Assembly: GCA_041499035.1 (NCBI GenBank)
Contig: JBGQJK010000001.1
Span: 12,314-76,313 of the forward strand
Length of the DNA stretch: 64,000 bases
Direction of reading: 5' to 3'
Source of the DNA: Patescibacteria group bacterium
GTDB taxonomy: Bacteria > Patescibacteriota > Microgenomatia > UBA8517
The position numbers and the translations under genes were made by a program. How positions within the stretch are numbered: position 1 is the stretch's first letter; the number at the start of each line of letters is the position of its first letter. Shown one piece after another: positions 39,516 to 48,147 of this stretch. The notes below the pieces were generated by a model. The model had not been told where the DNA came from and made no database searches. It was given only the letters and a program-made list of their open reading frames with translations.

Positions 39516-40089
39516 ATTCAAAAAATTTGGAGTTTATCCAAAGTCCCTTCTTTGGAAAACCCGGGGCGCAGCACACCAAAGGTTTAGGCAGTTTTGGGCC
39601 GAGATTGTTTTTAATGGTAAAAAAGTGTTGGACGTGGGCTGCGGGTTCGGGGAGTTCGGCAAGTTTCTTCTCAAACGCTACAAGAATGTTGACTATACGG
39701 GAACCGATATAGTGCCGGAATTTATTGAAAACGCGAAGAAAGAAGTTCCGGGAGGGCATTTCTTTGTCGCCGATTTTATGAATGACCCCACTTCGCCAAG
39801 GCTTCGCGGGGCAAGCGTCGTAATCGTGTCCGGGGTCTTAAACTCTGATAAGGGAAGTCAAAATTTAAAGTTCAGGATGGCAGCAATCAAAAAAATGTTT
39901 ACCTTGACCTCGTATATATTGGCTTTCAACATGCTTGGGGGGCATCCTAAGCCGGCGAACAAGAAAGGCAGCAACGTTTGGTATTCAAATTCTCTTGAGA
40001 TTCTCAACTACTGCATGTCCCTAACACCTCGCGTTATTCTCCGTACCAATTATCATCCCAAAGACTTTACAATAATAATGTACAAATAA
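39478..40089 (+). CDS. class I SAM-dependent methyltransferase
   Basis: Motif I VLDVGCGFGEFG. Confidence 0.65.
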   Translation: MLNMKSSNLYRDKFKKFGVYPKSLLWKTRGAAHQRFRQFWAEIVFNGKKVLDVGCGFGEFGKFLLKRYKNVDYTGTDIVPEFIENAKKEVPGGHFFVADFMNDPTSPRLRGASVVIVSGVLNSDKGSQNLKFRMAAIKKMFTLTSYILAFNMLGGHPKPANKKGSNVWYSNSLEILNYCMSLTPRVILRTNYHPKDFTIIMYK

Positions 40090-40113
40090 GCGAAGCTTGA
40101 AACTTATGAAGTT

Positions 40114-41025
40114 ATGAAAAAGATTTTAATTCTTGCGTCAAAACGAAGCGGTAAAAAAGAGGAGTTTATAAGTTATCTCCAAAAACAATTTGACAGAAAT
40201 GCCGAGGTTGTTTTGGGGGTCTTCTCCGATTTAATTTTTGAGATAGAAACCGGTAATATTACCGTGGAAATCGACGGCAGGAATATTAATGATTTTGATT
40301 TGGTCTACTTCAGAAACACGACAGGTCTTCAGTCAATGGCGGCGGGGCTGTCTATTTATTTGGAAAGCACGGGGGTTAAATTTTTTGACAAGTCTTTTGT
40401 TAACGGAAGTTTTGTCGGTGATAAATTTACAAGCTCTATGAGGCTGGCAGTCGAGGGTATCCCGATTGTACCGAGTTTTGTTTGCTGGAAGGATGCCATC
40501 AGTAAAAGTAAGAAAAGAATTGTTGAAAAGTTCGGTTTCCCGGTTGTTGCCAAGGAGGTCAGGAGTCAAAGAATGAAGCGGATTTACCTTCTAAAAACTC
40601 TGGCCGACTTTGATAAACTTCCCGAGACTGTAAGTAACGGCACGCCGGCCCGGTATTTGTTTCAAAAGTTTATTGATATAGACAGGGAGTTCAGGATTTT
40701 GGTATTGGGGGAGCGGATCGGAATAATTCATACAAAGACGTTGAGAGATAATACCGGGTTTAAAGTGGGGTATTTTGATATGAATGAATATCCAGAGTTT
40801 TTAAAACCGGAAGACGTGTCTTCTATAATCAAAGAAGCGGCCCTAAAAGCCGCGAATGTACTACATATTCAGATAGCGGGAGTGGACATTTGCAGGGAAC
40901 GGACTACCGGCAAGATTTTTGTCTTTGAAGTAAATAGAGGCCCGGGGATAGACTACGATACCAATGTTTCACAGGAACTTCCCGAGATTGCAAAATTCTT
41001 CTCTTCCCAGCTCGATATTAAATAA
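40114..41025 (+). CDS. RimK-family ATP-grasp peptide ligase (third paralogue)
   Basis: FPVVAKEVRSQRMK, FRILVLGERIG and VFEVNRGPG. Confidence 0.55.
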   Translation: MKKILILASKRSGKKEEFISYLQKQFDRNAEVVLGVFSDLIFEIETGNITVEIDGRNINDFDLVYFRNTTGLQSMAAGLSIYLESTGVKFFDKSFVNGSFVGDKFTSSMRLAVEGIPIVPSFVCWKDAISKSKKRIVEKFGFPVVAKEVRSQRMKRIYLLKTLADFDKLPETVSNGTPARYLFQKFIDIDREFRILVLGERIGIIHTKTLRDNTGFKVGYFDMNEYPEFLKPEDVSSIIKEAALKAANVLHIQIAGVDICRERTTGKIFVFEVNRGPGIDYDTNVSQELPEIAKFFSSQLDIK

Positions 41026-41185
41026 CCTTATTTCCGGTATTATCTTTCGATATTGGATACTTTTGCTATCCATCAAATCGTGAAAATGTTGACTTTTTCA
41101 CGAACCAAATATAATACGAAATTTGTTTATGCAACAAAAAATCCGCCCTTTTCGGACGGACTTTTTGATATCAGTTAAGTTTTAA

Positions 41186-41626
41186 TTACTTCAACTCAAC
41201 TGTAGCACCTGCCGCTTTAAGTTTTTCCGCTGCACTTTTTGCGTCTTCCGCTTTTGCGTCTTTCAAAACTTCGGCCGGTACGGCCTCTGTCATGCCTTTT
41301 GCGTCCATGAGAGTTAAATTAGGATTTATTTCTCGTAGAGCTTTGATGACATTAATTTTTTGGGCACCGCTAGCCGTCATAGTGACGGTTTGCAGACCGC
41401 CTTCGGTTGCCAACGGGGCGGCTTCACCTGCGGGAGCTGCACCTGCAACCGGCGCTGCGGCGGCCATAGGCATAGCACTCACGCCAAGTTTGTCCTGTAG
41501 AGCGGTAACTAGTTCAGAAAGTTCCAAAACAGAAAGTTTTGCAACTTCTTCGACCAGCTCATCTACTTTTTTACTAACCTTTTTTGTTTCTTCTGCCATA
41601 TTTCTCACCTCATTTCTGATTTTCAA
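41186..41626 (-). CDS. rplL: ribosomal protein L7/L12
   Basis: An Ala-rich hinge and a C-terminal AAGATVELK. Confidence 0.9.
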   Translation of the reverse strand: MKIRNEVRNMAEETKKVSKKVDELVEEVAKLSVLELSELVTALQDKLGVSAMPMAAAAPVAGAAPAGEAAPLATEGGLQTVTMTASGAQKINVIKALREINPNLTLMDAKGMTEAVPAEVLKDAKAEDAKSAAEKLKAAGATVELK

Positions 41627-41712
41627 TTTTCAGTTATCAATTTTCAATAAATTTACAATTATTCATTGAGTCAATGAAAATTCAATGTAAATTGAAAATT
41701 GGTAATTGTTAA

Positions 41713-42231
41713 TTAGCCTTTAGACTTTTGATCCAAAATAAACACCAATTTCTGTAAATTTCCATTTAGAGTACCGGTAAGTCCATACATAGGTGAGATT
41801 AAAGCCCTAAGAAGTTGTCCCAAAAGAACGTCGCGGCCGGGAAGAACGGAAAGCTTTACTAATGATTCACTATCCTGAAAAGTACCGTCAACCATGCCGA
41901 CTTTAAATTTAGGAAGTTCCGTTTCTTTGGCAAATTTACCAAGCACCTGGATTGGAGCAATCGGGTCCTGGTCGGCTAGGACTATGGCAGTTTGACCGGA
42001 CAGGATTTCGTCGGTTGCCATTTTGCTATCAATTTTTGCGGATTCAAATGCACGCTTAAGGAGAGTGTTTTTGACTACAACCATCCTGCCTCCCGCCTCC
42101 TTAAGCCTGCGCTTTAGGTCCTGCTGGGCTTTAACATTAAGGCCTGTATAGTTGACTAAGACCAGAGATTTGGCCCCTTTGAGCTCCTCGGTAAGACTGT
42201 CGACTAGTGTAACTTTTTGTGCTTTAAGCAT
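41713..42231 (-). CDS. rplJ: ribosomal protein L10
   Basis: L10-like N-terminus and its position upstream of rplL. Confidence 0.85.
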   Translation of the reverse strand: MLKAQKVTLVDSLTEELKGAKSLVLVNYTGLNVKAQQDLKRRLKEAGGRMVVVKNTLLKRAFESAKIDSKMATDEILSGQTAIVLADQDPIAPIQVLGKFAKETELPKFKVGMVDGTFQDSESLVKLSVLPGRDVLLGQLLRALISPMYGLTGTLNGNLQKLVFILDQKSKG

Positions 42232-42244
42232 TGTTTTAAGTACA

Positions 42245-42270
42245 TAAAAAAACGCGCTTTCGAGGCGCGT
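42245..42270 (-). terminator. GC hairpin plus T-run (attenuator/terminator) in the rplJ leader
   Basis: On the minus strand: ACGCGC-CTCGAAA-GCGCGT followed by TTTTTTT, about 14 nt before the rplJ ATG. Confidence 0.45.
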
Positions 42271-42658
42271 AAAATATTCGCTTCCTCGGTATGATTTACA
42301 GCTGCGTAGCAGATGCCAAGCTCCGCTTATGCCGCCGACATACTTTCTTAGGACAACCGTATTTTAACTCGATGGGAGGGTAAAAACAAGTCTTATTTTT
42401 TAGTGCTTGTGGTTCCCGTGCGGGGTACGCGTGGAGGCGGGGGCAAGGTTGAATTAGTCGGGGCGTATGGGTAGCCTGTTATATCATCAAGCTGTTTCTG
42501 TACGTTTTCCGGAAGTGGTAATAGAGGTAGTCCGGAATTGGTGTGGAACTGCCCTTCGAATTGCGAATCTTCAACTCGAACTGGACGTGGTTTGCTTTTG
42601 TCTTCTGACATAATCCTATTCTACAACACTTATTTAAATTTTTACAAGATGTGTAAAG

Positions 42659-43471
42659 CTAAAGCTGTAGTTTTACACTCGGGGACATGGTGGACTTGAT
42701 GAAGGCTCTTACGATTTGCTTGCTTCCACCCAGGGCCCTCAGGACCGCTTCGGCGTTATCCACAATTTCTTCGTCTTTCTGGCTATTTTTGCCGATTACG
42801 GTATGAATAAGTGGGGCTTCTTTCTCGGTTTTTAAGGTCAAGGCTCCCGCGGAGAAACTTTTGGCTTTCTTGAGGTCGGCAACCAAAGTTCCGTTTTTGG
42901 GATTTGGCATGAGTCCTTTGGGACCTAGGAGCCGTGCGAATGGAACCAGCTTTGGCATCATATCGACCGTTGCTACCAGAATATCAAAATCAATTTTGCC
43001 TTCTTTTAATTTCTTGACCGTGTCTTCATCCGCTATCTCGACTTTCTTGGTTCTTCCAGCTTGGAAGGGTAGAGTTACTTGGGCCGAGGTTCCCGTCTTT
43101 TTTACAACTATGTGGAGCTCCATAGTTCCGTCGAATTTTGAATAAGATGAAGTTTTTACCAGCTTGACTGCCTCCGCCGGTTTGTAGAACTTTTCGCGGT
43201 CAAATTTGGCTTTGGCCTCTACATATTTCTTGCCCCGGACCTTCTCCACGATTTTCTTTTCTTCGGTCCTCTTAAGTCCTTCTTTGGTACCTTCCTCAAT
43301 AATTGGGGCTTCTTCCGTAGGAGCTGCCTCAACAATTTTTACGCGCTGGCCGCCTTTAAGACCGGCCACGTGCACTTTTTCCGCCTCACCTTTGTGGGCT
43401 TTTTCGTGCTTCTTCTCGTTTTTGTTTTCGTCTTCGCCGACGAACGCTGTTTTCATTTTACCCATACACAT
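42659..43471 (-). CDS. rplA: ribosomal protein L1 with a ~70-aa Lys/Glu-rich N-terminal extension
   Basis: The L1 core begins at GKKYVEAKAKFD; alternatively the start is an internal GTG. Confidence 0.8.
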   Translation of the reverse strand: MCMGKMKTAFVGEDENKNEKKHEKAHKGEAEKVHVAGLKGGQRVKIVEAAPTEEAPIIEEGTKEGLKRTEEKKIVEKVRGKKYVEAKAKFDREKFYKPAEAVKLVKTSSYSKFDGTMELHIVVKKTGTSAQVTLPFQAGRTKKVEIADEDTVKKLKEGKIDFDILVATVDMMPKLVPFARLLGPKGLMPNPKNGTLVADLKKAKSFSAGALTLKTEKEAPLIHTVIGKNSQKDEEIVDNAEAVLRALGGSKQIVRAFIKSTMSPSVKLQL

Positions 43472-43507
43472 TTCGTACTTTCTTTAGAAGAAAGTACGGC
43501 AAAGAAC

Positions 43508-43930
43508 TTAATCTGTTTTAACTCCCATGGAACGGGCTGTTCCTTCCACAATCTTCATCGCGGCTTCAACATCTTTGGTATTCAGATCATCCATTTTGTC
43601 TTCGGCGATTTGTTTTACCTGAGCTTTCGTTAAAGTTCCGGCAATTTCGCGGGGGGTTTTGCCTGACCCTTTTTCTATCCCCAAAACTTTTTTGATCATG
43701 TCAGCTACAGGTGCCTTTTTGATTACAAACTCGAAACTTCTATCTTCATAAATTGTGATTACGGCCGGGGCAACTTGACCCTTCATATCTTTGGTCCTGT
43801 CGTTGTACTGTTTGACAAACTCCATGATGGCCACGCCATGCTGGCCCAGGGCCGTTCCCACGGGAGGGGCGGGGGTAGCCTCAGCCGCCTTTAGATTGAT
43901 TTTGACTACCGTTTTTATCTTTTTTGCCAT
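43508..43930 (-). CDS. rplK: ribosomal protein L11
   Basis: [33 protein letters not shown]. Confidence 0.9.
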   Translation of the reverse strand: MAKKIKTVVKINLKAAEATPAPPVGTALGQHGVAIMEFVKQYNDRTKDMKGQVAPAVITIYEDRSFEFVIKKAPVADMIKKVLGIEKGSGKTPREIAGTLTKAQVKQIAEDKMDDLNTKDVEAAMKIVEGTARSMGVKTD

Positions 43931-44265
43931 ATTCCTTTTAGACTAGGCACAAATTGAAAACTAAACTGAAGTTTTCGACTTGCGTCTGCCACCTAAAATC
44001 AAGTGGTACAGGGATTGTACCAGAAGTGTATAATTTATTCAAATGGGAGATGGTGTTGAGAAGAAGGATTGGGAAATGCCCGGTGGGACAGTTGTCAGGC
44101 CCACGAAGGAAGTTTCTCTTGAGGAACTAGAAGAAGCTGGCAATCATGCTGTGGAAAATGGTGGACATCTGGTAATTGAAGGAACCGGCAGCGGACAGCA
44201 TATAAAAGTAACACCAGTCAAGACAGTTGTGGAAGGAATGCCCGCCCCGAAGAAAAAAAAGTAGA

Positions 44266-44901
44266 TTAAACCTTCTGAATTTGGAGAAAATCGAGCTCAA
44301 CCGGGGTTTCTCTTCCAAAAATGCTTACTAAAACTTTAACTTTGCCTTTTTCTTCATCCATCTCGTGGATTGTGCCCAAAAAGTCGGCAAACGGTCCATC
44401 TGTGATTTTAATGGCTTCGCCGACGCTGAATTTGGTTTTAAATCTTGGGGCGGGCGAGCTTATAAATTTCTGAATATTATTTACTTCCGCTTCGGAAAGA
44501 GGTGTGGGGTTATTGCCTGCGCCTACAAAACCGGTAATTCCTGCTGTGGTACGAACGGCAAGCCAGGTAGGGTCGTCCAAAATCATTTTGATGAGTAAAT
44601 ATCCGGGGAAAATCTTTTCCTTAACTGTGGCTTTTTTACCACCGCGGATTATGACTCTGTCCTGGGTGGGGACCAGCATTTCAAAAATGTGACCCGTTAA
44701 ATTCATGGTCTCAATTCTTTGCCTGAGAGTTTCCATAACCCTGACTTCGTGGCCCGAGCTGGTGTGGACTACATACCATTTGGCTTTGGGGTCCTCCGTT
44801 TGGGCAACAATAATGTGTCCCGGGATTTTCTTTTTTCCGGTTCCGCGCTCGTCAACACCCGCTACGATAGCGGCAGGCTGGTTGGTTGTGTCGTCTTTCA
44901 T
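44266..44901 (-). CDS. nusG: transcription termination/antitermination factor NusG (N-terminal extension)
   Basis: KWYVVHTSSGHE NGN domain and a KOW motif. Confidence 0.85.
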   Translation of the reverse strand: MKDDTTNQPAAIVAGVDERGTGKKKIPGHIIVAQTEDPKAKWYVVHTSSGHEVRVMETLRQRIETMNLTGHIFEMLVPTQDRVIIRGGKKATVKEKIFPGYLLIKMILDDPTWLAVRTTAGITGFVGAGNNPTPLSEAEVNNIQKFISSPAPRFKTKFSVGEAIKITDGPFADFLGTIHEMDEEKGKVKVLVSIFGRETPVELDFLQIQKV

Positions 44902-45083
44902 TTTGTTACTACTTTAGTCAGAAGCGTGGTAAAGAGGTAGTCTAAACCCCCTACGTAGGCTCCAAGAATGCCTGAAACTATGAATACGGTCAGAGTGAGC
45001 TTAATGACTTCGTCACGGGTGGGCCATGTAACGCGGCTTAGCTCAAGTCTTACCTCGCCAAAAAAATTGACTACAGCTTTCAT
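44898..45083 (-). CDS. secE: preprotein translocase subunit SecE
   Basis: EVRLELSRVTWPTRDEV followed by a TM helix. The internal Met start (MKAVVNFF) was chosen; the ORF track extends to 45161. Confidence 0.7.
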   Translation of the reverse strand: MKAVVNFFGEVRLELSRVTWPTRDEVIKLTLTVFIVSGILGAYVGGLDYLFTTLLTKVVTK

Positions 45084-45153
45084 TTGAGATTGTATTGTAG
45101 CAGAAAGATCGGGTAAAAAAAAGAGAGGGTTGATCAAGCTGGTATAATGAGAT

Positions 45154-45624
45154 ATGACCATTGATCACGGGCCGACCGGTTTTAGTAAAATGATAAAACC
45201 CGACAAACATGAAAAAGGTAAGTTCGAGGTCGGCGGTCAAACCTTTCGAAACCCTGTAAAAGAGACTCGAATTCCTAACTATCTTCTTGACAATCTTAGA
45301 CCTCTTGCAACAAGGGCATTTATAGCCGAAAGCGGGGATTCCGATACATCTGGTCAATCCCGTCTAGACCAGCAAATGGCGCAAATGAGTAAAAAATTCC
45401 GTGAGGAGCAGCCTGAAGAAGTTTGGAAGAGAACAATAGCTACAATTATGAAGCAGAAAGGTGTTACGGCTGAAAAAATTGCGACCGACCTTTTCGAAAC
45501 CGATGAGGACGCTTTTAGAAATTTGTGGATGGGACAGTCTCCACATAAAATATTGCCAAGGATCGTTGGGGCAATTGAGATTGAACTACATAAAAATTGG
45601 CCCGGTGCGCCTATTAGGAGATGA
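45154..45624 (+). CDS. hypothetical protein
   Basis: An ORF with a well-formed length and stop overlap with rnhB. Confidence 0.3.
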   Translation: MTIDHGPTGFSKMIKPDKHEKGKFEVGGQTFRNPVKETRIPNYLLDNLRPLATRAFIAESGDSDTSGQSRLDQQMAQMSKKFREEQPEEVWKRTIATIMKQKGVTAEKIATDLFETDEDAFRNLWMGQSPHKILPRIVGAIEIELHKNWPGAPIRR

Positions 45625-46358
45625 GACTTCCTGATTTCTCCTTTGAAAAAAAACTCCACAGACAAGGTTACAAATTAATTGCAGGTGTGGATGAAGTCGG
45701 GCGCGGATGTTTTGCGGGAGCGGTGGTTGCGGGATGTGTGGTGTTCGGTCTCGACGGGGTCCTGCCGCTCGGCAGCCCTAAGGCCTTTCCACCGGCTAAC
45801 AAGCTCGGGGCCCCTTCCTTAGGGCCTCCCGCCTCGCGTCACCCCTCAGTTATTATCAACGATTCCAAAAGACTTTCGCAAAAACAAAGGGAAATTGCCG
45901 ATAAGTGGATACGGAAAAACGCATATGCATTTGGAATTGGTTTAGCCAGTGTTGCCCAAATTAATAAATTAGGCATCAAAAAAGCTACTGAAATTGCATT
46001 CCGGAAAGCAATTGTAAATTGTAAATCCACATCCAGCTCTGCTGTGAAAATTGATTATTTGCTCATTGATGCATTTTATATCCCGTACGTAAAAGGCCTC
46101 AGGCGCAAAAATCAAAAAGCGATTGTTAAAGGGGATGCTCTCTCTATTTCCATAGCCGCGGCTTCAATCATCGCCAAAGTATACAGGGATAAATTAATGA
46201 CCGTTCTTGCCAAAGAACCTAAATTCAGAAAATATAAATGGCACAAAAACAAAGGCTATGGAACCACGGAACATAGGGAAATAATCCGAAAACACGGTGC
46301 AACGAGACTCCACAGAAAACAGTTCGTTAGAAGCTACGTTTCTTCTCCAGCTGAATAG
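45621..46358 (+). CDS. rnhB: ribonuclease HII with a low-complexity insertion
   Basis: GVDEVGRGCFAGAVV and DSKRLSQKQRE. Confidence 0.8.
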   Translation: MRLPDFSFEKKLHRQGYKLIAGVDEVGRGCFAGAVVAGCVVFGLDGVLPLGSPKAFPPANKLGAPSLGPPASRHPSVIINDSKRLSQKQREIADKWIRKNAYAFGIGLASVAQINKLGIKKATEIAFRKAIVNCKSTSSSAVKIDYLLIDAFYIPYVKGLRRKNQKAIVKGDALSISIAAASIIAKVYRDKLMTVLAKEPKFRKYKWHKNKGYGTTEHREIIRKHGATRLHRKQFVRSYVSSPAE

Positions 46359-46521
46359 AATGGGCGATCCTGTACTTTGCCTCTTTTCTTTTCTCTGACG
46401 GCTTTTTGTACTGGGCTCTGTCGCGGTATTCTCGTATCACGTCCTCATCGATGGTCTTTTTGCGAAACCGGGCAATAAGTTTATCCTCGCTTTCGCCCTT
46501 TTTCTTTTTAAGAATGAACAT
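46327..46521 (-). CDS. rpsU: ribosomal protein S21
   Basis: ARFRKK...REYRDRAQYKKPSEKRKEAK matches the S21 pattern. Confidence 0.7.
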   Translation of the reverse strand: MFILKKKKGESEDKLIARFRKKTIDEDVIREYRDRAQYKKPSEKRKEAKYRIAHSIQLEKKRSF

Positions 46522-46609
46522 CTTATATTATAAGTCACCTCCAGGGACACATTTTAACAGATTTTAAGTTGATCTACCAGAAGCACGATCGGAAGTTGAT
46601 GCCTCTCTT

Positions 46610-46963
46610 TTAGCTCTCGTGATGTTGACCCCAGTGGAAAAAATTGTGGAAGGAGTTGAAGAAGTTATGGTGGTCATGGTCATCCTCCTTGTGAGAATTT
46701 GGTGTTGGGGTTGGCCTTTTGTGGCCGTGATTATCATGGTCGTCATGCTCTTCGTGATCATTATTTTTATCGTGGTCGTCATCGTGTTTGGGTGTGGGGG
46801 CGGGTGTTGTTGCGGGCGGCTCGCCTGTAGCTTCTCCGGTGGCAGTGTGGGCGCGGACATAAAAATTAAAACTCTGGGAAGTTACGGCCCAGACAAGAAG
46901 AGGGAGCATTAGAGCAAGGATAATGGTTGTGATAAAGCGTAGAAGCCAATGATTATTTTTCAC
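46610..46963 (-). CDS. membrane-anchored His/Asp-rich (metal-binding) protein with PT linker
   Basis: An N-terminal TM helix, a TTPAPTP linker and an HDDDHDKNNDHEEHDDHDNHGH...HKEDDHDHH tract. Confidence 0.45.
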   Translation of the reverse strand: MKNNHWLLRFITTIILALMLPLLVWAVTSQSFNFYVRAHTATGEATGEPPATTPAPTPKHDDDHDKNNDHEEHDDHDNHGHKRPTPTPNSHKEDDHDHHNFFNSFHNFFHWGQHHES

Positions 46964-47010
46964 GGGTTTCCGATATTCTGACTGTCTGGCGGGGTATTGT
47001 CAATGTCTTC

Positions 47011-48144
47011 TTAGGGGACCGGTGGGAAAGGTGTGTCATTCTCTTCTTTGATCGGCCACTTGGGTTGCTGTCTTTTAAAGGCCGACGCCGTTTCGTCCAT
47101 ATATACTTCCGGAACTTTATTTTTTGAAGTTATAGTACGTACTAGGACTATAACTGCAGCAATAAAAACAATGGCGCCGATAATTGTAATAGCTATGTAC
47201 TTGAAGTCTAATGTGGAAGTCGAGTTGTTGTCGCCTGCCACGGCAACGAGTGTTGGCAGGGGGCTTAGGACGGGCTTTATTGTCGGGGGAAGGGTTGAGC
47301 TTGGGAAGTTTCCTGTGTAGTAAACAATTTCGGGGGCAGGGCTCGGTGTTTTAGTCTTTACAGTGCTTGCTCTGGTTGTTGTAGCTGTTGGAGTAGGGGC
47401 GGTGGTAGAACACCCGCAAGTTACGTCGCTTGGACAGGACGGGTTTCTGCAAAAACCCTGGTAGCAGATATAATTTGCCTGGCAGTTACTGTTGCTTCCA
47501 CAGGTTCCCCCGCAATAATTTGGTGTTCCCGGTGCCGGTGTTACCGTCGGTGTAGGAACAAGAGTTGGTGTTGGTGTATCTGTAGGTGACACTATCCCGC
47601 TCACAACCGTTATACTGGCGGGAAGCTTATCGGTTATGGCATTTTGGGTTTCGCCGACAGCAGACACTGCGGAGGAGCTGTCAAACGAAACGGCAGAAGT
47701 CCAAAATGGCGCATTGTTTACAACTCGCGCATTAATTTTCAATACTTCGGCGGAAGATCCGGACAGCGCCTGATTTTTATTTAGTGTGAAGATCGCATAA
47801 GATATTGATCCTGAGGTATTATTAAAATTGCTGGTAATAGTGTTATTTAGAGCTGCCACGTCCGCTCCTCTTTGGATAGAGCTAATCTGTATAGCCGCGG
47901 GATCAAATTTTATTAAGAGGTCGATACCCGTTATTTGATTGGCGCCGGTATCCATTTTTACAGCCAGTGTGATGTTTTCGCCGCGATTAACGTCGGAAGC
48001 TGCCGGAGTGATTGCTATTTTTGTAGTACCGGCTGCAAATTCATTAAGGCCTTGTCTTGTCTGAACAAGTTTTACCCCGGCTATTACCCCTGCCGCTAAA
48101 AAGAGGAAACCTGCAATTGACATTAAGATTTTTATTTTTTTCAT
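47011..48144 (-). CDS. membrane protein with cohesin-like module, PT linker, Cys-rich module and C-terminal TM helix
   Basis: An N-terminal TM helix; cohesin-like LLIKFDPAAIQIS ... AEVLKINARVV; CGGTCGSNSNCQANYICYQGFCRNPSC; and a C-terminal hydrophobic helix. Confidence 0.5.
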   Translation of the reverse strand: MKKIKILMSIAGFLFLAAGVIAGVKLVQTRQGLNEFAAGTTKIAITPAASDVNRGENITLAVKMDTGANQITGIDLLIKFDPAAIQISSIQRGADVAALNNTITSNFNNTSGSISYAIFTLNKNQALSGSSAEVLKINARVVNNAPFWTSAVSFDSSSAVSAVGETQNAITDKLPASITVVSGIVSPTDTPTPTLVPTPTVTPAPGTPNYCGGTCGSNSNCQANYICYQGFCRNPSCPSDVTCGCSTTAPTPTATTTRASTVKTKTPSPAPEIVYYTGNFPSSTLPPTIKPVLSPLPTLVAVAGDNNSTSTLDFKYIAITIIGAIVFIAAVIVLVRTITSKNKVPEVYMDETASAFKRQQPKWPIKEENDTPFPPVP

Positions 48145-48147
48145 TTT

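Noticed and set aside
42393-42611. 72-aa minus-strand ORF between rplA and rplJ
   Set aside because: It lies inside the expected structured L10 leader, has a Pro-rich low-complexity composition, and shows no homology signal. It is more likely non-coding.
44043-44264. 73-aa plus-strand ORF between nusG and rplK
   Set aside because: It is on the opposite strand inside the probable rplK leader, and its Lys-rich tail comes from an A-run. It is probably spurious.
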